Positions 23,612 to 32,630 of a stretch of 64,000 bases of DNA are shown in pieces. The notes below the pieces were generated by a model. The model was not told the origin of the DNA, did not search any database, and was given only the letters and a program-made list of their open reading frames with translations. The stretch is taken from positions 256,001 to 320,000 of the forward strand of contig CAVTHK010000003.1 in NCBI GenBank assembly GCA_963734495.1, read 5' to 3'. Positions within the stretch are counted from its first letter, which is position 1. Each line of letters begins with the position of its first letter. The stretch comes from an uncultured Spirochaetota bacterium. GTDB taxonomy: Bacteria; Spirochaetota; Spirochaetia; SZUA-6; CAVTHK01. The translations under genes were made by a program, and so were the position numbers.

Positions 23612-25819
23612 CTACGTGCGGAAGCGGAAGCCGTCGTCCACGATCATGCGGCTGCGCACGACGCGGTTCCGGCCGGGAAGCTCGACGCTGGTGGGCATGT
23701 CGTCGTAGCGGAGGCGCACCGCCAGCGTGAACGTCTGTCCCTGCGGCAGCGTGAGCTCCACCTCGAGCGGCACCGGCGGATAGCGGCCCACGTGGAGCGT
23801 GTAGGCCCTGCCCGATTGGTCGCGCGTCGCGGGGAAGCTGGAGTCGTAGAGCAGGAACTTCTCCTGCGATAGGATCGCGAGCTCGATGCTCTCGGGGTTC
23901 CCCCGGGGCTCGATCGCGACCGTGACGTTCTCGCGGTCGAGCATGGGCGTGCTCGCGGCGCGGATCGTGAGCAGGTCGCCGGGGGCTTCGGCGGGCAGCA
24001 GCCGCGACTTCGCCCGGGTGGCCACGGTCTTGACCGAGCCCGATTCGGCATAGCGGATCCTGCCGAGCGGCGCGGAGCTCGTGACCTCGATGCGGCTGCT
24101 CCGGGCCGTCAGGTCGACGTAGCGGGTGACGTCGATGACCTGCGGCCGCAGCGGCCCGAACGGGGGGAACGCCAGCGCGGCGGCGAGAAGCGCCACCGAC
24201 AGCGCGGCCGTGACGGCGGGGGCGGCGCGGCGCACGGCCCGGGTCACGGCTTCGGAGAAGGGGGCGGACAGCGTCATGTCGAGCAGCAGCAGGACGTAGG
24301 GGAGCAGGAGCACCGCCACGACGAAGTTGCCCCTCAACGGAGCCGTCAGCACGATGCGGCCGGCGTCGCTTCCGGGCTGGAGGATGAGCGCGAGCCCGAC
24401 GCCGGCGATGCTGGCCGGCGCGAGCACGAGGCAGAGCAGCCGCAGCCAGGTCCAGCGGGTGGCCTCGTAGAGGAAGACGAAGAACACCGGCCACAGCAGG
24501 ATGACGGCCAGCGAGACGTTCGCGGCCGCGACGACCATGAGCCCGAAGATCAGCACAAGGAGCGCGGAAGCAGGGAAAAAGCGCTCCGGGATCCGCTCGA
24601 GCCATGGGCCGGCATGTCGCAGCAGCAGCCGGCTCGCCACGATCAGAAGGAATGCGGCGCCTGACACCTTGAGCGCCAGAAAGAGGCCGGGAGAGGCCTT
24701 CCACAGGTCCCGCACGCCGCGAAGCGCCTCCACCGCGTACACGAGCCCCGTGGCGGCAAGGAGGAACGCGAAGGTCGCCGCGAACAGGATCGGCAGGAGC
24801 CAGAGGTGCTCGCCGGTGATGACGATGTCTTCGGTGAGCCGTCGCCTCGCGAGCTGTATGTAGACCACCGAGACTGCGAACACGGCCAGCAGCAGGAGCA
24901 GGTAGTCGCGCTCCGAAAGGAAGTAATGGCGCGAGCCGATCCGGAACAGGAGGTAGTGCCTGTCCCAGGACTGCGGGATGCCGCCGCGGCTGGCCTCCAG
25001 GAAGCGGCTCCAGAACGCCGCGAAGGCTCCTGCGAACTCGCGATCGTTTCCGGCCGCTCCCGTGTACTCGCCTTCGATGGCGACCGCCGGATAGCCGTTG
25101 CGAAGAAATGGGCCGACCGGCGTCCGCAACTTGACCAGGCCCGCGCGGACGAGCTGGATCTCGTTGCCGTCCGCGCGGGCGTCCAGGCCCGCCTCGCCGA
25201 GCGCCCCGAGGGTGCGCCGGAGGAGCCACAGCGGCGCGACCAGCCCCTCGGAGCCGGCCCGCACCACGACGCGCTCGGGGACGGCGTCGAGGTTGAGGTA
25301 GAGCGCGAGCACGGGGTTCTCGGGGTAGTAGCCTTCGAGGAAGAGGCGGCTGCTCATCGGGTAGGCGTCGCCTTCGCCCTGCTCCGCGCCCAGGAAAAGG
25401 ATCTGGATCGTGAGCGGCGGCCGCGAGGACGCGGCCTGCCGGGCGGTCTCGAGAGCGAGCGCCAGGCCGATCGAATCGTCCCTCCCGGGCTCGGGCTGCT
25501 GCGCGGTGTCGATCGGGACGCAGAGCAGGACCGTATCGGGGCGTCCGCCCGGGATCGTCGCCACCACGGAAGAGGCGAAGGAGTGCATGACCTCGGAGTC
25601 CCGGAAGTCCTGGATGCTGTAGGCGACCCTCATCTGCGAGAGGCGGTCCCGCAGCAGGTCCACCAGCTTGCGCGAGTTCTCCGACCCTTCAGGGCGCGGA
25701 GCGAGCGCGCGGATGGCGGCGAGATCCTTGTCGAACTCGTGCCACGCGGCTTCGCACCACGAGCGAGGAGACCACAGGAGGAGCAGAGCAGCGACGGTCA
25801 GAATGAGCCGCATGGCCAC
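23612..25819 (-). CDS. M28-like peptidase-fold membrane protein
   Basis: Signal peptide, PRPEGS, ILFLGAEQ, YLNLD; multi-TM central region; metal ligands look degenerate. Confidence 0.65.
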   Translation of the reverse strand: MAMRLILTVAALLLLWSPRSWCEAAWHEFDKDLAAIRALAPRPEGSENSRKLVDLLRDRLSQMRVAYSIQDFRDSEVMHSFASSVVATIPGGRPDTVLLCVPIDTAQQPEPGRDDSIGLALALETARQAASSRPPLTIQILFLGAEQGEGDAYPMSSRLFLEGYYPENPVLALYLNLDAVPERVVVRAGSEGLVAPLWLLRRTLGALGEAGLDARADGNEIQLVRAGLVKLRTPVGPFLRNGYPAVAIEGEYTGAAGNDREFAGAFAAFWSRFLEASRGGIPQSWDRHYLLFRIGSRHYFLSERDYLLLLLAVFAVSVVYIQLARRRLTEDIVITGEHLWLLPILFAATFAFLLAATGLVYAVEALRGVRDLWKASPGLFLALKVSGAAFLLIVASRLLLRHAGPWLERIPERFFPASALLVLIFGLMVVAAANVSLAVILLWPVFFVFLYEATRWTWLRLLCLVLAPASIAGVGLALILQPGSDAGRIVLTAPLRGNFVVAVLLLPYVLLLLDMTLSAPFSEAVTRAVRRAAPAVTAALSVALLAAALAFPPFGPLRPQVIDVTRYVDLTARSSRIEVTSSAPLGRIRYAESGSVKTVATRAKSRLLPAEAPGDLLTIRAASTPMLDRENVTVAIEPRGNPESIELAILSQEKFLLYDSSFPATRDQSGRAYTLHVGRYPPVPLEVELTLPQGQTFTLAVRLRYDDMPTSVELPGRNRVVRSRMIVDDGFRFRT

Positions 25820-25844
25820 TTCGAAGGATAGCGCATCTCCCCGC

Positions 25845-25928
25845 CGCAGTGGAAGGTGCCGCCCCTCCCGCTCCCGACCGCCTCGCCCCTGCGCCGCCCC
25901 TCCGCCGCCGCGCAGTGGAAGGTGCCGC
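25845..25928 (+). repeat. Two exact 18-bp direct repeats CGCAGTGGAAGGTGCCGC (25845-25862, 25911-25928)
   Basis: Read directly from sequence, in a divergent intergenic region. Confidence 0.85.
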
Positions 25929-25960
25929 GACGAGGCGATAGAGTATACGAGGAGCCTCCC

Positions 25961-26470
25961 ATGGACGTGCTACCGGAGATCCTTCAGAGGAGAAGCGCCC
26001 GCAGCTTCAAGGACCAGGCGGTCGAGAAGTCCAAGCTCGAGCGCATCCTGAAGGCCGCGCAGCTCGCACCCTCGGCGAAGAACCGGCAGGAGTGGCGCTT
26101 CGTCGTTGCGCAGAAGGCCGCCGACAAGGAGGCCCTGAGCCGCGCGGCGTTCGGCCAGGCGTTCGTCCGGCAGGCCGGCGCCGTCATCGCGCTGTGCCCG
26201 ACGAACGTCGACTACCGCATGCCCAACGGGCAGCTCTCCTACCCCATCGACCTGGCCATGGCCGCCGCGTTCATGGCGCTGCAGGCCACGCGCGAAGGGC
26301 TGGCAAGCTGCATGGTAACCACGTTCGACGAGCAGGAAGTGCGCGATGCGTTGTCGGTGCCCTTCACCATCCCGGTCGTGATGCTGCTCGTGCTGGGCTA
26401 CGCCGATCAGGAGCCGGAGCCGCAGGCGCGCAAGCCGCTGCGCGAGATCAGCTCCTACGGCCACTGGTGA
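25961..26470 (+). CDS. Nitroreductase family protein
   Basis: RRSARSF, APSAKNRQEWRFVV, GLASC, LGY; GAGGAG RBS. Confidence 0.92.
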   Translation: MDVLPEILQRRSARSFKDQAVEKSKLERILKAAQLAPSAKNRQEWRFVVAQKAADKEALSRAAFGQAFVRQAGAVIALCPTNVDYRMPNGQLSYPIDLAMAAAFMALQATREGLASCMVTTFDEQEVRDALSVPFTIPVVMLLVLGYADQEPEPQARKPLREISSYGHW

Positions 26471-26534
26471 AGCCTGGCCGGTGAGGCCGGCCGATGAAGC
26501 AGGCTGGTGACGCGGCGCGCTTCCTGCCTGACGC

Positions 26535-28028
26535 CTACGGGCCGGCCGAGAGGATCTCCCTGACGACGCTCGCCTCGTCCCACGTCCGGGGGCCGTCGGC
26601 GTAATCGATGCTCTTCTCGTGCCCCTTGCCCAGGCACATGACCACGTCGCCCGGCCGCGCCGCCCCGAGGGCGGCCCGCAGCGCTTCGCGCCGGTCGGGG
26701 ATCAGGCGCACCTCGGCCGCTCCCTTCGCCCCGGAGGCGATCTGGCGCAGGATCTCCATGCGATCCTCGCCCCGCGGGTCCTCATCCGTGAGCACCATGA
26801 GGTCCGCGAGCTCCGAGGCGACGCCGCCCTGCGCCGGGCGCTTCTCCACGTCGCGCTCGCCGCCCGAGCCGAAGACCACGATGAGGCGGCCGCGGGCCAG
26901 GCCGCGGATGAACCCGAGCACCTTGCGGAACGCTTCGGGCGTGTGGGCGAAATCCACGAACACGTCGAACGGCTGGCCGCAGTCGACGCGCTGCAGGCGC
27001 CCGGTCGGCGCGCTGAGGCGCGGCCCGAGGGCCGCCAGATCGGCAAGCGCTTCGCCGGTGTGCACCGACACCGCCAGCAGCGCGCCCAGGAAGTTCTCGA
27101 CGTTGTGCCTGCCCGGCAGCGTGAGGCTCGCGGAGTGCTCGCCCGAGCGGCTGCGCAGCCGGAACCGGCTTCCCCATGCCCCGGTCTCCAGATCGCGGGC
27201 CTCGAGGTCAGCCGCCGCGCTGTTCAGGCTGAAGGTAAGCGTCGAGTGGGGCGCGCCCGCCTCCTCGAAGAGCCTCCAGTGCGCGTCGTCCCTGTTGGCG
27301 ACTCCGAAGCTCGTCTCCGCGGGCTTGAGCCCGCGGAACAGGTTCGCCTTGTCGCGCCTGTACTGCTCGAGGCTGCCGTGGAACTCGCGGTGCTCCGCGG
27401 TCACGTTGGTGAGGACCGCGACGTCGAAGGCCACGTCGGCGAGGCGCGCCGTGCGGGCCGAGAGCCCGTGGGAGGTCGCTTCGACGATCGCGAACGCGCA
27501 GCCCGCGTCGCGGATCTCCGCGAGGATCCGGTGCACTTCGTGGGCCTCGGGCGTCGAGGTGTGAATCGGGTTCGGCCGGGGAGGCCCGGAGGTCTTGATG
27601 TCGACGCTCGAGAAGAAGCCGCTGCGCTTCCCCGTCATCTCGAGAAGCTGCTGGATCATCCACACGGTGGTGCTCTTGCCGTCGGTTCCCGTGACGCCGA
27701 TCACGCGCAGGGCGCGGTCGGGGTGATCGTAGAGCGCGGCCGCGGCCGCCGACATCGCGGCGCGGGTGTCGTCGACGCGCACGTACGCGCGGTCGGGGCG
27801 ATAGCTCGGGAGCTCCGCCGAATGGAGCACCGCGGACGCGCCGCGATCGAGGGCCTGCTCGACGTAGCGGTGCCCGTCGGTGTGGATGCCCGGAAACGCC
27901 GCGAACAGCCAGCCGGGGGCGACGTGCCTCGAGTCGATCGCCAGGCCGCGGATCACCGAGTCGGCCCTCCCGCGCAGGCGGGCCCCGTGCATCCCGGCGG
28001 TCAGGGCGTCCAGTGTCTTTTCGGGCAT
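26535..28028 (-). CDS. murE: UDP-N-acetylmuramoyl-dipeptide amino acid ligase
   Basis: DSR, GVTGTDGKST, TPE, EATSHGL, DFAHTP, FGSGGERD..KR, DEDPR, GKGHE. Confidence 0.92.
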   Translation of the reverse strand: MPEKTLDALTAGMHGARLRGRADSVIRGLAIDSRHVAPGWLFAAFPGIHTDGHRYVEQALDRGASAVLHSAELPSYRPDRAYVRVDDTRAAMSAAAAALYDHPDRALRVIGVTGTDGKSTTVWMIQQLLEMTGKRSGFFSSVDIKTSGPPRPNPIHTSTPEAHEVHRILAEIRDAGCAFAIVEATSHGLSARTARLADVAFDVAVLTNVTAEHREFHGSLEQYRRDKANLFRGLKPAETSFGVANRDDAHWRLFEEAGAPHSTLTFSLNSAAADLEARDLETGAWGSRFRLRSRSGEHSASLTLPGRHNVENFLGALLAVSVHTGEALADLAALGPRLSAPTGRLQRVDCGQPFDVFVDFAHTPEAFRKVLGFIRGLARGRLIVVFGSGGERDVEKRPAQGGVASELADLMVLTDEDPRGEDRMEILRQIASGAKGAAEVRLIPDRREALRAALGAARPGDVVMCLGKGHEKSIDYADGPRTWDEASVVREILSAGP

Positions 28029-28056
28029 GGCCCACGGTAGCAACTGTCGCGGCCCC

Positions 28057-28178
28057 GCGCAAGCGCCAGGGATGGCGCGGGCCCGGGCGCTACAGGGATG
28101 TAAAGCGCCCGGGCAAGCGCCAGGCAAGCGCCAGGCGCCCGGGCAAGCGCAGGCAGCGCCAGGCGCCCGCGCAAGCGC
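28057..28178. repeat. Degenerate cluster of GCAAGCGC / GCGCCAGG / GCGCCCGG units
   Basis: About 5 GCAAGCGC copies plus variants between the divergent murE and methyltransferase starts. Confidence 0.7.
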
Positions 28179-28217
28179 GATCTGGACGAGACGCGAGCGC
28201 GCGGGGTAGCATCGGGC

Positions 28218-29892
28218 GTGCTCCGGCCGGCGCTCTTCGACGACTACCTCTCGCGCCAGCTCATCCCCTACATCGGCAATAAGCGCAGGCTGCTCCCTTT
28301 CCTCGACCAGGTCTTCGAGCGGCTCGAGGCGGACAAGCCGGTGCGCGTGTTCCTCGACCCTTTTGCCGGAAGCGGCTCCGTCTCGCGCCTGGCCCGCGTG
28401 CGCGGGTGGCGGGTCATCGCGAGCGACTGGGAGCCATTCAGCGTCGAGATCAACCGATGTCACCTCGGCGTCCAGGCCTCGGAGCTACCCGCGCTGTTCG
28501 CGGGACGCGGCGGCCTGCCCGCTGTTCTCGCCGAGATGAACGGCCTGCCGCCCCCGCGGCCCGAGCAGCGCTACGTCGCGCGCCACTTCGCGCCGCGGGA
28601 GACGGCCCGGGCCGATTATCGCCGCGAGCGGCTCTTCTACAGCACGGAGAACGCCCTGCGCATCGATGCGCTTCGCAACAGGATCGAAGAGCTCTATCCC
28701 TCCGGTGGGCTCGACCCGCGATCGGCGGCCGAGCGGTCGGTCCTGCTGGCCGGGCTCCTCTACGAGGCGGCCACCCACACGAATACATCGGGTGTGTTCA
28801 AGGCGTGCCACAAGGGCTTCGGCGGCCATGGCCGGGAGGCCCTGGGCCGGATCCTCGCCGCCATCGCCCTCGCGCCGCCCGTGCTCGTCGACGCGCCGCC
28901 GGCCTGCGTCCTCGCCGGGGACGCGCTCGACGTCGTGCGCGGCCGCTCCGCCGACCTCTGCTACCTCGACCCGCCGTACAACCAGCACCAGTACGGCAGC
29001 AACTACCACCTGCTGAACACCATCGCCTTGTGGGACCGGCCGCCGGTCTCGGACGAGCTCACGCCGGAAGGCCGCCTGCGCTTCAAGGCCGCGATCCGGT
29101 CCGACTGGGTTCGGACGCGCTCCGACTTCTGCGCGCGCGCCCGGGCGCCGGCCGCCCTGCGGGCCCTGCTCGACGCGGTCGATGCCGGCCGCATCGCGCT
29201 CAGCTACTCGAGCGACGGGATCATCCCGCTGGAGGAGCTGCGCGAGACCCTCGAGGCGCGCGGCCGGGTGAGCGTCTACTCGAGCGGATACGTGAAATAT
29301 CGAGGGGGAAGGCAGAGCGCCGCGCGCGAGACCAGCAACGAAGAGCTCCTCTGGGTCGTGGAGCGGGGCCGCTGCGCCGCCGCAGGCTCGCGCGCCCGCA
29401 TCGACGCGCAGCTCGCGCGCGGGCGGCTCGGGCTCCTGCTCCGCGGCGCGTTCGTCCCGCGCCGCGCGGCCGAGCTGCTGGCTGCGGCCGGCGGGCAGTG
29501 CGAGCCGCTTCAGGGCGTCCGCCTGCCGATGCCATCGCTCCACCGCTTCGCCGATCCGGAGGCGGCGATCGAGCGGCTGGCCGCGCTCCCGCCCGCAGCC
29601 CGGGCCGAAGTCGAGCGGAGGCTCGCGGCCGCCCTCTGCACCGATCGCGCGGAAGAGCTCGATGTCCTGACCGCCATCCTCCCGGGCATCGCCGGGGGCG
29701 GCGAGGCGGTCCGATGGGCGCGGCGCGCCGCGCAAGCTGCTCCGCAAGCTGGCGCATCGGAAGTACGCGGAGCTCTTCGCGGCGGGCGCGCGCGGGCTGC
29801 GGGCCGTGGCGGCCGCGGCGCCCGCCTACGGCTTTCTGGCGGACGAGGTCGAGCGGCTCGAACTCCTGCTGCGCGCGCGCCTCGCGGGGTGA
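28218..29892 (+). CDS. DNA N6-adenine methyltransferase (D12 class) with C-terminal extension; frameshift near 29720
   Basis: PYIGNKRRLL, FLDPFAGSGSVS (SAM binding), YLDPPYN (catalytic), LSYS. Confidence 0.88.
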
Positions 29893-29893
29893 C

Positions 29894-31727
29894 CTATGAT
29901 TGCGCGGCGGCCGCGAGGTGCGCTGCGAGCGCGCGGGCGGTCTCGAGGCTGACCCGCGCGCGCTCTGCCAGCTCCTCGGGCGGCGCCTGGGCGATGGCTG
30001 CCAGCGAACCGTAGCTCTCCAGCAGCACGCGGCTGCGGGACGGGCCGATGCCCTTGACGCCTTCGAGGGTCAGGCGCTCCATGGCCTTCGCCTTCTGTTT
30101 CGTGCGCAGGCTGTTCGCGAAGCGGTGCGTCTCGTCCCGCACCGCCTGCAGGACTCTGAGCGCCGACGATGAGCGGGGGAGGACGACGGCGCTCGTGGCG
30201 CCGGCCGGCCAGATCTCTTCGTTCTCCTTTGCCAGGCCCACCAGCGGGATCCCCTCGAGGCCGAGCGAAGCGAGCACCGAGGCCGCAGCGCTCACCTGGC
30301 CGCGGCCGCCGTCGACGAGGATCAGCTCCGGCCGCTCCAGGCCGTCGTTGAGCACGCGCGTGTAGCGGCGCGCCACGACCTCGCGGATCGCGGCGTAGTC
30401 GTCGATCCGGTCGCCGAGGCTGCGGATGCTGAAGTGACGGTAGCCCGATTTCTCGGGTTTCCCGTCGACGAAGCTGATCATCGAGGCGACGGTCTGTTTC
30501 CCCGCGAGATGGGAGATGTCGAAGCCTTCGATCCGGCGCGGCGGCTTCGGCAGCCCGAGGGCCTGCTGGAGGGCCTCGAGCGCGCGGCGTGCCTTCTTCG
30601 CCCTGGCCGTAGAGCTGGATGTCCTGCTCGGCGTTCTCCATGGCGAGCGCCAGGATCTTCGCGTGGCGGCCCCGCTGCGGGAAGCGCGCCTCCACCGGCG
30701 GCCGTCCGGGCCGGGCCGCGGCCAGGTACTGCGCCAGCTCGGCCGCGTCTTCGCGCACGATCGACGGCAGGTAGGCCGCGCGGGGCGGCCGCGAGGTCAC
30801 GGGCAGCTTGCCGTAGTACTGCAGCACGAACTCGGCGACGGACTCCTCGCCCGAAGAGTAGACCTCGGTGCGGTAGACCTCCTTGCCGACCATGGCGCCG
30901 TCGCGCATCTGAAGCACGACGAAGCTCGCGCGGTTGTCCCGCGCTGCGAAGCCCACGTAGTCACGGTCGCTCTCGCCGCGGGCGCCGGCCACGTCCACCA
31001 CCTGCTTCTCGGGGGTGAGGTCGCGTATCGTGCGGATCTGGTCGCGGATGTGGGCGGCCTTTTCGTACTCCAGCCGGATGGACGCCTCGGCCATCGCGGC
31101 TTCGAGGTCCCCGACGAGCTCTTCCGTGCGGCCCGTGAGCAGCTTCCTGATCCGCTCCACGTTGACCTGGTAGGCCGCCTGGTCCACAGCGCCGACGCAC
31201 GGGCCCAGGCTGCGGCCCAGGTGGTAGTAGAAGCACGGGTGCCGGCGCGGCTTGAGAGGCCCCCTGCACATGCGGAGCGGGAACAGCTTGACGATGAGCG
31301 CGAGATACTCGTCGAGCCGTCCCGCCTGGGGATAGGGCCCGAAATAGCTCGACCCGTCGAACACGATGCGGCGCGTGCGGAAGACCCGCGGGTACGCCTC
31401 GTTCGTGATCCGGATGACCGGGTAGCTCTTGCCGTCCTTGAGGTTGATGTTGAAGCGCGGCTTCCACTGCTTGATCAGCGTGTTCTCGAGCAGGAGCGCG
31501 TCGTACTCGTCGCGGGTGACGATGACCTCGACGTCCGCCGCGTTGCGCAGGAGGATCCGCGTCTTGATGTCCTTGCCCGCGTTGAAGTACGAGCGGACGC
31601 GCTTGACGAGGCTCTTGGCCTTTCCGACGTAGATGATGCGCCTGGTCGCGTCCTTGAACAGGTAGACGCCGGCCTTGTCGGGGAGCTCCTTGACCCGCTC
31701 CGAGAGCGGCGCGACCGGCTCGCTCAT
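29894..31727 (-). CDS. uvrC: Excinuclease ABC subunit C; frameshift near 30590
   Basis: GIY-YIG domain (GVYLF..IYVGKAK), UVR domain, IEGFDISH, DGGRGQ, RDETHRFA, HhH GIGP. Confidence 0.95.
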
Positions 31728-32221
31728 CGGGCTTCGGGGACCCCCGCGGGGCGCCGGGCGCGCGGCCGGCCCGGCCCGGCGGCCGCGCGGCGGTCGAGCC
31801 ACGTCCTCTGCCGCGGGCAGCTGCCGCAGCAGTCGATGAAATCCGCGAGGCGTCCGTACATCTCGTCCGAGACGCGGTGCTCGAGCAGGCAGGCGTCGTC
31901 GCCGGCCGTCTTCTCGTCCAGCCCGAGGACGGAAACGAGAAACGCGCGCAGCACCTCGTAGCGGCGCATGATGCCGGTGACCGTCTTTTTCCCGCGGTCC
32001 GTGAGGGTGATCAGGTCGTAGGGGGCGTAGTTGAGGAGGCCGCGGCGCGAGAGCGAGCGGAGCGCGGCGGTGACCGACGCCTTGATCACGCCGAGGCGCC
32101 GGGCGATGTCGGTGACGCGGGCGGCGCCCTTTTCCTGCTGGATCAGCCAGGCGGCCTTGAGGTACATCTGCTGGCTCTCCGAGAGCTTCGCGGATCTGTC
32201 GACGGCGGATCCCTGTTTCAC
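31724..32221 (-). CDS. DtxR/MntR-family metal-dependent repressor
   Basis: LSESQQMYLKA, ARVTDIA..LGV..ASVT, ITLTDRG, DACLLEH; divergent from feoAB. Confidence 0.9.
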   Translation of the reverse strand: MKQGSAVDRSAKLSESQQMYLKAAWLIQQEKGAARVTDIARRLGVIKASVTAALRSLSRRGLLNYAPYDLITLTDRGKKTVTGIMRRYEVLRAFLVSVLGLDEKTAGDDACLLEHRVSDEMYGRLADFIDCCGSCPRQRTWLDRRAAAGPGRPRARRPAGVPEAR

Positions 32222-32228
32222 CGCGCCA

Positions 32229-32312
32229 ATGATAGTCTCGTGCCGCCCCTTGAGTCAACGAGCCAAACAGTGTTTGATCAGTCTTGACAGTGTTAGCCTC
32301 GGCAGATAATGT
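32229..32312. promoter_or_regulatory. Divergent promoters for dtxR and feoAB with a possible DtxR-type box
   Basis: Plus strand TTGACA(32284)-N17-TAATGT; minus strand TTGACT-N18-TATCAT; TTAGCCTCGGCAGA in the feo promoter spacer. Confidence 0.6.
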
Positions 32313-32364
32313 TTGCCAAGACAAACAAAGCGGGCGGATCGGGCCGTCCGCGGGAGGGTGCGGG

Positions 32365-32616
32365 GTGCGGTGCAGTGTGGGGGAGCTCCCGGTCGGCGCG
32401 AGCGCCGTCGTGGTCGGGTACGGCGAGGCCCGCCCCGGCTACCGGGCGAGGCTTCTGTCCATGGGTCTCACGCGCGGGGCCCGGGTCCGGGTGGCCCGCC
32501 TCGCGCCGCTCGGCGACCCCGTGCAGGTCCAGGTCCGCGGCGTCTCGCTCACGCTCCGGCGCGAGGAGGCGCGGGTGCTCATCCTCGAGACCGACGACGA
32601 CGCCGCGGCCGGGTGA
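32365..32616 (+). CDS. feoA: Ferrous iron transport protein A
   Basis: RLLSMGLTRG...APLGDPV.V.VRG..LTLRREEA. Confidence 0.92.
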   Translation: MRCSVGELPVGASAVVVGYGEARPGYRARLLSMGLTRGARVRVARLAPLGDPVQVQVRGVSLTLRREEARVLILETDDDAAAG

Positions 32617-32630
32617 GGGAGCAACGACCC

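Noticed and set aside
25845-25928. Possible mini-CRISPR (repeat-spacer-repeat with a 66-bp period)
   Set aside because: Only two 18-bp repeats, a low-complexity spacer, and no cas genes or leader. Kept only as a direct repeat.
28218-29892. Restriction-modification or defence island
   Set aside because: No endonuclease, specificity subunit, integrase or GC shift is nearby; the flanks are core genes.
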